From an uncultured delta proteobacterium (lineage in GTDB: Bacteria > Myxococcota > Myxococcia > SLRQ01): DNA of 64,000 nt. Under the pieces are notes generated by a model, which was not told the DNA's origin, made no database searches, and saw nothing but the letters and a program-made list of their open reading frames with translations. The stretch's first letter is position 1; each line of letters begins with the position of its first letter. Position numbers and translations under genes: made by a program. Shown piece by piece: positions 40,421 through 49,886 of the stretch. Where the stretch lies: assembly GCA_963727485.1 (NCBI GenBank), contig CAVSGM010000011.1, positions 224,001 through 288,000 of the forward strand. The letters run 5' to 3'.

Positions 40421-40962
40421 CCGAGGCCCTCGCGGCGCACCTCGAGGCGGTGCTCCACCACGCCCTCGGCCGCGGCGAGGCGCCGGCGCCCGTCGCCGGC
40501 GACGACGACGCGCCCGCCGGGGCCTTCGTGGCCCTCACCGTGGACGGGGTCCTGCGCGCGTTCGTGGGCTCGGTGGCACCCCGGGGCCCCTTCGTCGCCA
40601 CCGCCGCCGACGCCGTACGCCGGGCGGTCACCGAGGACCCGCGCTTCGAGCCCCCGGGCCAGGGCGACGCGGTGACCCTCACCGTGTACCGGGTGGGCCC
40701 GGCGCGCCCGGTGGCCGGCCCGGCCGACCTCGAGGCGGGCCGCGACGGGGTGGCGGTCCGCGAGGGCTTCCACCGGGCGGTGCACCTGCCCACGGGCGCC
40801 GATGCCGCCGAACCCGAGGTCCTCCTGGAGAGCGCCTGCATCGCCGCGGGCCTCCACCCCGAGGCCTGGTCGCGCCCGGAGGTCCAGGTGGAGGCCTTCG
40901 AGGTGACCCGGGTGGTGGGGCCGCCCCTCGCCTCCGACAGCGAAGCGACGGCGGGCGGTTGA
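40417..40962 (+). CDS. AMMECR1-like protein (divergent)
   Basis: GAFVAL...LRAFVG, EDPRF, GRDGV, LESACIAAGL...AW, FEV. Confidence 0.65.
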   Translation: MTEALAAHLEAVLHHALGRGEAPAPVAGDDDAPAGAFVALTVDGVLRAFVGSVAPRGPFVATAADAVRRAVTEDPRFEPPGQGDAVTLTVYRVGPARPVAGPADLEAGRDGVAVREGFHRAVHLPTGADAAEPEVLLESACIAAGLHPEAWSRPEVQVEAFEVTRVVGPPLASDSEATAGG

Positions 40963-41013
40963 CGCCCCGGGCCCCGCGGGCGGATGCTCTCGGACCTCGG
41001 GAGGTGTTGGCGC

Positions 41014-41805
41014 ATGGCAGGGACCTCGTCGCGGGGGCGGGGACACAGGCCGGTGGTGGAGAAGCGGGCGCGACCGGCCGCCGCCACGGCCGGGGACCGC
41101 CCCCAGGTCGAGGTCTGGAGCCGCATCCTCGCCCGGCGGATCCAGGGTCGCCTCGGCGAGCCGGTGGTCCTGGCGATCACCGACAACATCCACACCATGG
41201 TGAGCTACGCCCGCCGGGACGGTGAGGTGTCGCTGCGGCTCCACCACATGTTCCTCTCGGCGCCGCCGAAGGTGGTCGACGCCCTCACCGGCTACCTCGA
41301 CGGCGATCCGCGGGCCTCGCGCACCGTGGACGACTTCATCGAGGCCCACCGCTACCTGGTCCGCCGGGTCCCGCCCCGGGTGCGCCAGCGCCGGCTGCGC
41401 ATCGAGCCCCGGGGCCACCGCTACGACCTCCAGCGGATCTTCGACGACCTCAACCGCCGGTACTTCCGCGGCGAGGTGAAGGCCACGGTCACCTGGGCCA
41501 CCGCCCCGCGGATCCGGGGCCCCCGGGGGAGCATCAAGCTGGGGAGCTACTCCGAGGAGACGCGGATCATCCGCATCCACCCGGCCCTCGACCACCCGGT
41601 GGTGCCCCGGTACTTCGCCGAGTACGTGGTGTTCCACGAGATGCTCCACGTGGTCGAGGGCGCCCGCCCCGGGCTTGGCCGCCGCCAGGTCCACACCCCG
41701 GCGTTTCTCCGCCGGGAGCGCGCCTTCTCCCACCTCGCCCGGGCCCAGGCCTGGGAGCGCCGGCACCTCGACTGGCTCCTGGCCTGGCAGCCCCCGCCGA
41801 GGTGA
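41014..41805 (+). CDS. SprT/YgjP-like zinc metalloprotease
   Basis: FDDLNRRYF, IRIHPALD, HEMLH (HExxH), HTPAF; GGAGG upstream of ATG 41014. Confidence 0.8.
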   Translation: MAGTSSRGRGHRPVVEKRARPAAATAGDRPQVEVWSRILARRIQGRLGEPVVLAITDNIHTMVSYARRDGEVSLRLHHMFLSAPPKVVDALTGYLDGDPRASRTVDDFIEAHRYLVRRVPPRVRQRRLRIEPRGHRYDLQRIFDDLNRRYFRGEVKATVTWATAPRIRGPRGSIKLGSYSEETRIIRIHPALDHPVVPRYFAEYVVFHEMLHVVEGARPGLGRRQVHTPAFLRRERAFSHLARAQAWERRHLDWLLAWQPPPR

Positions 41806-41847
41806 CCCCCTTTTCCCCGGCGGTCCCGCTCGGGTAGGATTCGGATC

Positions 41848-42330
41848 ATGCGACGCCTGCCCCTCGCCGTGCCCCTCCTGATCCTCGGTCTCGGTGCCGC
41901 CGGTTGCGGCCAGCCGACGGTGAACGTGGTCCAGCCTTTCGCGGTGGTGAACTGGAGCCCCCAGGACGGAGCCACCTGCATCGCCAGCGACTGGACCCTG
42001 GGGGTGTGCATGTCGCGCGCCGTCGACGCCAAGACCCTGGCCCAGGTGAAGGTCCGGCCCCTGGACGCCTCGGGCACCGCCGGCACCGCGGTGAAGACCA
42101 CCAACGCCGTCTCCAAGAACGACGCCAGCTGCGTGACCCTCACCCCCCCGTCGGCCGGGCTCGCCCCGAACGCCGAGTTCGAGATCGAGCTCGACAAGGG
42201 CTTCGGCTCCAGCGACGGCGCCACCCTGGGCCAGACCCTGACCTCCCGGTTCCACACCACGGCGCCGGGCTGCCCCTCAGCGGCGCGCCCTAGACCGGGA
42301 AGGTCTCCTCCTGGGCGCGCACCGCGGTGA
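41848..42330 (+). CDS. Lipoprotein with Ig-like (Big_5-type) domain
   Basis: Lipobox AAGC; VVNWSPQDGA...LTLTP-like...LAPN...FHT pattern. The 3' end overlaps maeB and is uncertain. Confidence 0.65.
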   Translation: MRRLPLAVPLLILGLGAAGCGQPTVNVVQPFAVVNWSPQDGATCIASDWTLGVCMSRAVDAKTLAQVKVRPLDASGTAGTAVKTTNAVSKNDASCVTLTPPSAGLAPNAEFEIELDKGFGSSDGATLGQTLTSRFHTTAPGCPSAARPRPGRSPPGRAPR

Positions 42331-44563
42331 GCGCGGCCAGGTTCACGATGTCCTCCACCTCGGTGTTCATCTGGAGGATGTTCACGGGCTTGGCCATGCC
42401 CATGAGGATGGGCCCGATGACCTCGGCGCCCCCCAGGCGCCACAGGAGCTTGTAGCCCATGTTGGCGGCGTCGAGGTTGGGGAAGACCAGGACGTTCGCC
42501 GAGCCCTCGAGGGTGGAGAAGGGGTAGGTCGCCTGGCGGATCTCCGGGAGCACCGCCGCGTCCACCTGCATCTCCCCGTCGATCATCAGGTCCGGGCGCC
42601 GCTCGCGCACCAGCTCGGTGGCCCGGCGCATCTTGTCCGGCGAGGGGCCGGGGCTGGTGCCGAAGCTGGAGTAGGCGAGCATGGCGATCCGGGGCTCGAG
42701 GTCGAAGTAGCGGGCGAGCTCGGCGGTGTGGATGGCGATGCCCGCGAGCTCCTCGGCGGTGGGGTCGGGGATCACGGTGGTGTCGGCGAGGAGCTTCACC
42801 TTGCGCTTGAAGACCACGATGTAGCAGCCGCTGGCCCGGTGGACCCCGGGGCGGGTGCGCACCACCTGGAGGAACGGGCGCACCGCGTCGGCGTAGTGCT
42901 TGGCCAGCCCGGCGACCACCCCGTCCACCGAGCCGTCCTCGAGGGCCAGGGCGGCGAACATGGTCCGGGAGCGGAGCATCCGCTCGGCGTCGGCGGCGAG
43001 CATCCCGTGTCGCTGGCGCAGCTTCCACAGGGCCTCGGTGTAGCGCGCCAGGTCCGGGCTCCGGTGGTGGTCGAGGATCTCGATGCCCTCGAGGCCGAGG
43101 CCCGCGGCCTGGGCCTGGGCCTTGAGCTTGTCCGGGTCGCCCACCAGCACCGGCTGGCAGATCCCCTCGTCGAGGAGGATCTCCGCCGCCTGCTGGATCT
43201 TGAGCTGGTCGCCCTCGGGGAAGCAGATGCGCATCCGCTCCCGCCGGGCCTTGCCCACCACGGTGCGCATCACCTCGTGGGGCCGGCTCACCCGGGCCTG
43301 GAGGTCGGCGCGGTACTTCTCCACCTCCACCGAGGTCCGCGCCACCCCGCTGTCCATGGCGGCCTTGGCCACCGCCGGGGCGACCCAGAGGAGCACCCGC
43401 GGGTCGAAGGGCTTGGGGATGATGTAGTCGGGGCCGAACTTGAAGGTCTGGTCGCCGTAGGCCCGGGAGACGCTGTCGGGGACGTCCTCCCGGGCGAGGT
43501 CGGCCAGGGCCCGGGCGGCGGCGAGCTTCATCTCCTCGTTGATGGCGGTGGCGCGGACGTCGAGGGCCCCCCGGAAGATGAAGGGGAAGCCGAGGACGTT
43601 GTTCACCTGGTTGGGCTCGTCGGAGCGGCCGGTGGCGATGATGGCGTCGGGGCGCGCGGCCCGGGCCTCGGCGCTGGAGATCTCCGGGACCGGGTTGGCC
43701 AGGGCGAAGACGATGGGCCGGTCCGCCATGCCCGCGAGCATCTCCCCGGTGACGATGCCGCCCACCGAGAGGCCGAGGAGGAGGTCGGCGCCCTCGAGGG
43801 CCTCCTTCAGGGTGCGCTTGGGGGTGTCGGCGGCGAAGACGGCCTTGTAGGGGTTCATCAGCTTCTCGCGCCCCTGGTAGATCACGCCCTCCTCGTCGAC
43901 CATGAGGACGTTCTCCTGGCGCACCCCGAGCGACACGTAGAACCGGGTGCAGGCGATGCACGCGGCCCCGGCGCCGAGGGCCACCACCTTGAGGTCTTCG
44001 AGCGCCTTGCCGGCGACGTCGGCGGCGTTGAGCAGCGCCGCCCCGGAGATGATCGCGGTCCCGTGCTGGTCGTCGTGGAAGACCGGGATCTGCATCTCCT
44101 CCTTGAGCCGCGCCTCGATCTCGAAGCAGGCGGGGGCGGCGAGGTCCTCGAGGTTGATGCCCCCGAAGGTGGGCTCCAGGGCCTTCACCGTCTCGCAGAA
44201 GCGGTCGACGTCGGTGGCGTCCACCTCGATGTCGAAGACGTCGATGTCGGCGAAGCGCTTGAACAGGACCCCCTTGCCCTCCATCACCGGCTTCGCCGCC
44301 CAGGGGCCGATGTTCCCCAGGCCCAGCACCGCGGTGCCGTTGGAGATCACGCCCACCAGGTTCCCCCGCACGGTGTACTTGAAGGAGAGGTCCGGGTCCT
44401 TGGCGATCTCCAGGCAGGGCTCGGCCACCCCCGGGGTGTAGGCCAGGGAGAGGTCCCGGGAGGTGGTCACCGGCTTGGTGGGGACGACCTCGATTTTCCC
44501 CGGGCGGCCCTCGGAGTGGTAGGCCAGGGCATCCTGGGGACGGATCCGCTTGGAAGCGCTCAT
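42290..44563 (-). CDS. maeB: NADP-dependent malic enzyme with PTA-like domain
   Basis: [46 protein letters not shown]-terminal PTA domain. Confidence 0.96.
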   Translation of the reverse strand: MSASKRIRPQDALAYHSEGRPGKIEVVPTKPVTTSRDLSLAYTPGVAEPCLEIAKDPDLSFKYTVRGNLVGVISNGTAVLGLGNIGPWAAKPVMEGKGVLFKRFADIDVFDIEVDATDVDRFCETVKALEPTFGGINLEDLAAPACFEIEARLKEEMQIPVFHDDQHGTAIISGAALLNAADVAGKALEDLKVVALGAGAACIACTRFYVSLGVRQENVLMVDEEGVIYQGREKLMNPYKAVFAADTPKRTLKEALEGADLLLGLSVGGIVTGEMLAGMADRPIVFALANPVPEISSAEARAARPDAIIATGRSDEPNQVNNVLGFPFIFRGALDVRATAINEEMKLAAARALADLAREDVPDSVSRAYGDQTFKFGPDYIIPKPFDPRVLLWVAPAVAKAAMDSGVARTSVEVEKYRADLQARVSRPHEVMRTVVGKARRERMRICFPEGDQLKIQQAAEILLDEGICQPVLVGDPDKLKAQAQAAGLGLEGIEILDHHRSPDLARYTEALWKLRQRHGMLAADAERMLRSRTMFAALALEDGSVDGVVAGLAKHYADAVRPFLQVVRTRPGVHRASGCYIVVFKRKVKLLADTTVIPDPTAEELAGIAIHTAELARYFDLEPRIAMLAYSSFGTSPGPSPDKMRRATELVRERRPDLMIDGEMQVDAAVLPEIRQATYPFSTLEGSANVLVFPNLDAANMGYKLLWRLGGAEVIGPILMGMAKPVNILQMNTEVEDIVNLAALTAVRAQEETFPV

Positions 44564-44710
44564 GGCGACCCCGGGTATGCGTGTCCCCGACCGGTGTCAA
44601 GGCGGGGCGCGTCGTGCCCGGGGTGCGTTGCACCGCGGCCAGGGCCGCGACTACCATGACCTCTCACCCCGGCGGCTACCGGCGCCACTGCGGGGAGTTG
44701 GGAGGGTTCG

Positions 44711-45592
44711 ATGCGGGTGCGGCAAGCACTCTACCTGGTAGCGATGGCGGCGACGGTGGCGACCACGCTCCCGGCGCGGGCACAGATGGCCGAGCCCAAC
44801 TGGATCTCGGACGTGAAGTGGCGCGCCAGCCTCGGCACCGGGGTGGGCCTGGAGACCGGCGGCGTCCAGCCCAAGGATCCGTTCCTCCTCTACTTCGGGG
44901 GGAACGTCCGCAAGAGCTGGCGCTGGTGGTACGGGCTCACCTTCAAGAGCCGGGTCGACCTCTACACCGGGATCGTCGACTGCCCGATGGTCCCCTACAA
45001 GATCGACGGCGACGCCAGCCTGGCGCTGGGCCCCGCGGTGTTCCGGATGGAGGTCGCCTCGGCGCGCATCCGCAGCGACTTCGGCGGGGTGTGCAACGGC
45101 TACAGCAAGGGCACCGACTTCCGCCTCGACGCCAGCACCCTGCCCACCTTCACCGGCGACGTGGCCGTGGACGGGGGCCGGCACATCCTCACCTACTTCG
45201 CAGCGCCCCTGCAGGTGAGCTTCGGGCACTGGAACCCGGTGATCCAGCCCGGCATCCAAGCGTTCAACTTCCGCCCCTACACCGGTGGCACCTTCCGGTT
45301 CAAGGACCGCTGGATCGTCTCCGACTTCATCCAGCTCTACGGGGGCCTGACCTTCTACAAGGCGTGGTCGAACCGCGACACCGAGGCGGTGTTCAACCTC
45401 GGGGGCATCGTGGGCATCCTCGAGAACGCGGTGCAGTTCGGCCTCGACCTCGCCTACGACTACTGGGTCACCGCCGCGGGGATGACCGAGAACATCACCA
45501 CCTTCACCCTCTCGGCGCGGCTGCGGATCTCAGCGGCCGGCGCCGGGACCTCGGCGCGCGCCGCTAGAACGCCACCTGGAGGGTGGTCTTGA
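44711..45592 (+). CDS. Exported hypothetical protein, probable outer-membrane beta-barrel
   Basis: Signal peptide ending in ARA; alternating aromatic beta strands. Confidence 0.55.
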   Translation: MRVRQALYLVAMAATVATTLPARAQMAEPNWISDVKWRASLGTGVGLETGGVQPKDPFLLYFGGNVRKSWRWWYGLTFKSRVDLYTGIVDCPMVPYKIDGDASLALGPAVFRMEVASARIRSDFGGVCNGYSKGTDFRLDASTLPTFTGDVAVDGGRHILTYFAAPLQVSFGHWNPVIQPGIQAFNFRPYTGGTFRFKDRWIVSDFIQLYGGLTFYKAWSNRDTEAVFNLGGIVGILENAVQFGLDLAYDYWVTAAGMTENITTFTLSARLRISAAGAGTSARAARTPPGGWS

Positions 45593-46334
45593 GGGTGGTA
45601 TCCAGGGGCCTGACGCTCACCGGCGGCCGGCTGTCGTAGGCGACGCTGAAGGCGAGGCCCAGGGAGACGGTGGCGTTGGCCTTGGCGGTCAGCGAGGTCT
45701 CCGAGAGGGCCCGGAGGTCCGCGGGGTCGTCGAGGCGCGGCTGGACGTAGAGGGTCTCGGTGGCGTCGAGGTGCTTCATCACCGCCACCCGCAGGGCCAG
45801 GTAGGTGGAGACGCGCAGATCGGTGGTGACCTTTCCGGCGTCGGGGAGCCCGTCGGAGCGCAGCGCCTCGTGCTCGCCCATGAGCGCCAGCCCCAGGGCC
45901 AGGGCCACCGACTTGCCCCGGAGGACGTCGAAGCGCATCCCGGCGCCGAGGAGCAGGCGCAGCTGGAGCCGCCGGAAGAGGTCGAGCTCGTGCTGGACGA
46001 AGGCCTCGGGGCGCAGGAGGCCCGTCAGGTGGTAGCGGTAGCGCAGGTGCTCCAGGGTGTGGTCGAGGGTGACCCGGCCGCTGGAGATCTCCCGCTCGCC
46101 CTGGGCCAGCCCCAGGATCAGGTGCCGGCCAATCAGCCACTCGCCGGACAGGGCCCCCTGGAGGTCGAGGTACTCGGTGTTGCCGGTGCGCCAGTCCACC
46201 GCGAGCTGCACCGAGCCGTGGAGCCCCGGCTTGCGCTCGCCGGGGAAGCGGGTGAGGACGTTGACGATCTGCGCCGAGGCCGCGGTGGGGGCGGCGGCGC
46301 AGAGGACGAGGCAGAGGAGCGTCAGGCGGCGCAT
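45564..46334 (-). CDS. DUF481-like outer-membrane protein (paralog 1)
   Basis: Signal peptide, QIVN, DWRTGN, C-terminal F. Confidence 0.7.
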   Translation of the reverse strand: MRRLTLLCLVLCAAAPTAASAQIVNVLTRFPGERKPGLHGSVQLAVDWRTGNTEYLDLQGALSGEWLIGRHLILGLAQGEREISSGRVTLDHTLEHLRYRYHLTGLLRPEAFVQHELDLFRRLQLRLLLGAGMRFDVLRGKSVALALGLALMGEHEALRSDGLPDAGKVTTDLRVSTYLALRVAVMKHLDATETLYVQPRLDDPADLRALSETSLTAKANATVSLGLAFSVAYDSRPPVSVRPLDTTLKTTLQVAF

Positions 46335-46390
46335 GGGCGCGGCAGTATAGCCGTGGGTGCCGCGCCGTCACCCTGCGCTGGGGATTCGCC

Positions 46391-47161
46391 TCAGAGGCTC
46401 ACGGACAGGAAGGAGCGCAAGGAGGTGTCGACGGGCTTCACCTGCGGCGGTGGCTGGCCATCGACGTCCACGGTGAAGATCACCCCCAGGTCGAGCCAGT
46501 CGTTCACCTTGCCGAAGAGCGAGGTGTAGGAGACCAGCCGGGCGTCGCCGGGATCGTCCTGGCGGTCCTGGAGGAAGGTGACCTCGCCGAGCTCGAGGTG
46601 GTGGGCCGCGTGGATGCGCAGACCCAGGTAGGTGCTGTAGCGCAGATCGTCGCGAACCAGGCCGGCGCTCGGGAGCCCGTCGTGGAGGAGCCCCGCGTGC
46701 TCCCCCATCAGCCCGAAGCCAAACGAGACCTCGACGTAGTCGCCGACCCGCATGGCGAAGCGCAGGTCCCCACCATAGAGCACCCGCAGCGCCAGGCGCC
46801 GGAAGGGCGCGTACTCGTGCTGGACGAAGAGCTCGGGAGCCAGGAAGTCGTTGACCTGGTAGCGGTAGCGCACCTGCTCCAGGCTGTGCTCCAGGATCAG
46901 CCGGCCGGCGGCGAACTGGTGATCGCCCTCGGCGAGGACGAAGACCGTGTGGCGCTTCTGGTGCCAGCTGCCCCCGAGCATGCCGCCGACCTGGAGGTAG
47001 TCGACGTTCCCGGAGCGCCAGTCCACCGAGAGCTGGAGGTCGCCGTCCACCCCTTTGGGCGGGCGTCCGGGGAGACGGCTGAAGGCGTTGACAATCTGGG
47101 CCGAGGCGGCGGTGGGGGCGGCGAGGCAGAGGGCGATCACCAGGAGCTGGAGGCGGCGCAT
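46391..47161 (-). CDS. DUF481-like outer-membrane protein (paralog 2)
   Basis: Same length (256 aa) and shared blocks (AAPTAASAQIVN, FVQHE, YSTYL/VSTYL) with paralog 1. Confidence 0.7.
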   Translation of the reverse strand: MRRLQLLVIALCLAAPTAASAQIVNAFSRLPGRPPKGVDGDLQLSVDWRSGNVDYLQVGGMLGGSWHQKRHTVFVLAEGDHQFAAGRLILEHSLEQVRYRYQVNDFLAPELFVQHEYAPFRRLALRVLYGGDLRFAMRVGDYVEVSFGFGLMGEHAGLLHDGLPSAGLVRDDLRYSTYLGLRIHAAHHLELGEVTFLQDRQDDPGDARLVSYTSLFGKVNDWLDLGVIFTVDVDGQPPPQVKPVDTSLRSFLSVSL

Positions 47162-47170
47162 GATCGCCGC

Positions 47171-47199
47171 AGCATAGCGGACAATGTCCTAGGTCGGAA
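47171..47199 (-). promoter_or_regulatory. Putative sigma70-type promoter 9 nt upstream of the start codon
   Basis: TTCCGA-N17-TATGCT, 9 nt before ATG 47161. Confidence 0.4.
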
Positions 47200-47216
47200 C
47201 GGTGGGTTTCGCCGGG

Positions 47217-48518
47217 CTACCAGGTCTGCCCGACGGCGCCGAGGTGGGCGCCGCTGCGGGCGTCGAAGACGTCGAGGCGGGGGATGCGCGCCACGTAGAG
47301 CCGGTGGCCGGCGACGGCGAGGTGGGCGAAGTCCAGCTCGTGGCGGTCGGTCCCGGGGAGGCCGCGCTTCCAGCGCAGCCGGCCGGTGGCCGGGTCGAGG
47401 GCGACGAGCCGCGGCGCCCCGGTCTTCATCGGCACCACCGTGTACACCGCGCCGTCCCCCACGGCGGCCAGGGAGAGGGGCTGGTTCGCCTGGGCGGCGA
47501 AGGGGTCGCCGCCGGGGAGGGTCCGGTGCCACACCACCGCCTGGGTAGTGGGATCGAGGCCGTAGGCCACGGGGACGGCGGTCCCCTGCTTGCGGTCGCC
47601 AAGGACCACGATCGCCTGGGGCGTGGGCACCACCCGGCTCACGTCCACCGGCAGGTCCTTGGGCACCAGCGAGAGGTGGGAGCAGCGATCGTCGCCCTGG
47701 TCCCAGGCCGGGGCGGTGGGGCAGGGCTCGGCGCAGGCCGCGGGCCGGGGCGCGTCGGTGGCCTTGAAGGTGTGGAGGTCCACCTGGTGCCCGGCGCCGT
47801 CGGCGGTGAGGGCCCACACCGCCGGGCGATCGGCACGGGGGGCGCAGAGCGCCTTCACCAGATCGGGCAGGAAGAGCGTGTTCAGGACCCGCCCGGTCCC
47901 CAGGTCGTAGACGTGGAGCCGGCCCTTGGCGTCGCTGGCCACCACCCGGCCCGCGGCCGCCGCCAGCTTCACGGGCCGGGAGTCCGAGCCGAGGGGGGCG
48001 GTGGTCCACAGGGTCGAGAGGCCGTCGACCGAGTAGGCCATCAGGACCACCGGGCGCCCGCTGGTGGAGGTGCTCTCCCGGCTGCGGACCACCAGCACCT
48101 GCCGCCCGCCCCGGCTGCGCCCGATCACCGGCACCCCGGCGCTGTCCGCCTGCACGTTGGAGAAGAGGTAGGAGAGGCGCGTGAGGGAGCCGGCGACCCG
48201 GGAGCCGTCGACCCGGGGCGCGGTGAGCACGAACCAGGCCAGGAGGGCCCCGAGGACCGCTACCGCCACGGCGGCGACGGTGCGGCCCCGGCGGCCGCGA
48301 CGCGGGTGGTGGTCGCGGTAGACGTCGCTCGCGGTCCGGGCGTCGTGACGCTCCAGGTTGGTGCGCGGCGGGCCGGCGGGCGGCGGGGCCGGGGTCCTCG
48401 CGGCGCCCTCGATCTCCACGGAGGTCCCGCAGTAGCTGCAGGTGATGGTGGCGGCGCCGGGGCTCGGCTTGAGGCTGGCCCCGCACCTGGGGCACTCGAG
48501 GGCCTGGGCCTCGGGCAT
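47217..48518 (-). CDS. Zn-ribbon + TM + PQQ-like beta-propeller protein (paralog 1)
   Basis: CPRCG...CSYCG, one TM helix, ALDPATGRLRW repeats. Confidence 0.75.
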   Translation of the reverse strand: MPEAQALECPRCGASLKPSPGAATITCSYCGTSVEIEGAARTPAPPPAGPPRTNLERHDARTASDVYRDHHPRRGRRGRTVAAVAVAVLGALLAWFVLTAPRVDGSRVAGSLTRLSYLFSNVQADSAGVPVIGRSRGGRQVLVVRSRESTSTSGRPVVLMAYSVDGLSTLWTTAPLGSDSRPVKLAAAAGRVVASDAKGRLHVYDLGTGRVLNTLFLPDLVKALCAPRADRPAVWALTADGAGHQVDLHTFKATDAPRPAACAEPCPTAPAWDQGDDRCSHLSLVPKDLPVDVSRVVPTPQAIVVLGDRKQGTAVPVAYGLDPTTQAVVWHRTLPGGDPFAAQANQPLSLAAVGDGAVYTVVPMKTGAPRLVALDPATGRLRWKRGLPGTDRHELDFAHLAVAGHRLYVARIPRLDVFDARSGAHLGAVGQTW

Positions 48519-48519
48519 C

Positions 48520-49782
48520 TCAGCGCTCTCCCAGGGTTCCGACCAGCTTGCCGGTCCTGGCGTCGAGGACGTCGAGGGAGACCATGTGGGCGAAGTAGAG
48601 CCGGCCGCCGGCGAAGCTCAGGTCGCCCTCGTCGGCGAAGTTGGTCTTCCGGGGCATGGGCACCGCCCAGCGGGTCCGGCCGGTGGCCTCGTCGAGGGCG
48701 ATGATCCGGGACGGGCCCTCCTTCATGTCCAGCACGAAGTAGACCGCACCGTCGCCGGCGGCGCTGACGCCGATGGTCTGGCCGGTCTTGGCCGAGTAGG
48801 CGTCGCCGTCGGGGAGGGTGCGCTTCCACCGGAGCTTGCCGGTGCCGGTGTCGAAGCCCGCCGCCATGGGGACCTGGGTGCCCTGGGAGCGGTGGCCCAG
48901 GGCCACCTCCGACGCCCGGTCGCGGACGAGGTCGGTGACCCTCAGGCCCTCGACCTTCGGCGCCTCGTCGAGGTGGCGGCACTTGGGGTTCTGCACCGCC
49001 CACACCGGCCGGCCCCCGCAGCCGAGGGCGCAGGCGGCGGGCTTGGGGGCATCGGTGACCGCGTGGGTGTCGACGTCGAAGGCGTGGCCCTTGTGGTCGG
49101 CGGTGAGGATCCACGCCATGGGCTTCGCCGGGTCGGGCACGCAGAGGGCCTTGGCCCGGTCCTCGAGGAACCGGCTCGCCACCGGGTGGCCGGTGGTGAG
49201 GTCGTCGACCAGGACCCGGCCGTGGTCGTCGGTGAGGATCGCCTTGCCCGCGGCGATCCGGGCGTGGATGACCTGGTAGTCGCTCCACAGCCCCAGGGGC
49301 TTGCTCGCCCACAGGGGCTCGAGGCTCCGAGCGTCGAAGGCCTCGGCGACGATGCGGGTCTTGCCCTGGCCCAGGTGCCGGGTGAGGCCGAGGAGGACCG
49401 GGCGGCCGTCGGGGAGCCGGGCGAGCTGGCTGGGCGCGAGGGCGTCCCACTGCACCAGCTCGCCGCCAGAGGCGACGGTGGGGTCGGGGGCGCGGGCGAC
49501 GGCCCGGGCGGTCCCGGGCGCGGGGGCGCTGCTGCTCATCTCCAGGAAGCCGGCGACCCCGGCACCCACCATCGCCACCACCGCCCCGGCGAGGACGATG
49601 ACGATCCGGGCCCGCTGGCCTTGCGCCCGGAGCTGGGACGGGGCCGCCGGGGGGGCCGCGGGCCGGAGGTCGGCGATCCGCGAGGTGGTGCCGCAGTAGA
49701 CGCAGCGGACGGTGTCGGCGTCAGGGCCGGGGTTCAGGCGGGCGCCGCACTCGGGGCACTCGAGGGGAACGACGTCGGGCAT
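48520..49782 (-). CDS. Zn-ribbon + TM + PQQ-like beta-propeller protein (paralog 2)
   Basis: CPECG...CVYCG, one TM helix, ALDEATGRTRW repeats. Confidence 0.75.
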   Translation of the reverse strand: MPDVVPLECPECGARLNPGPDADTVRCVYCGTTSRIADLRPAAPPAAPSQLRAQGQRARIVIVLAGAVVAMVGAGVAGFLEMSSSAPAPGTARAVARAPDPTVASGGELVQWDALAPSQLARLPDGRPVLLGLTRHLGQGKTRIVAEAFDARSLEPLWASKPLGLWSDYQVIHARIAAGKAILTDDHGRVLVDDLTTGHPVASRFLEDRAKALCVPDPAKPMAWILTADHKGHAFDVDTHAVTDAPKPAACALGCGGRPVWAVQNPKCRHLDEAPKVEGLRVTDLVRDRASEVALGHRSQGTQVPMAAGFDTGTGKLRWKRTLPDGDAYSAKTGQTIGVSAAGDGAVYFVLDMKEGPSRIIALDEATGRTRWAVPMPRKTNFADEGDLSFAGGRLYFAHMVSLDVLDARTGKLVGTLGER

Positions 49783-49886
49783 GGGTCAGACCTCCAGGGG
49801 GCCACTCTACCCTGCCGGACGTCGCCGTCGATCCCATGGGCGTGGGACGCCGGGCGGGTCGCCGGGGCCCGCGGACCGGTCCGGGT

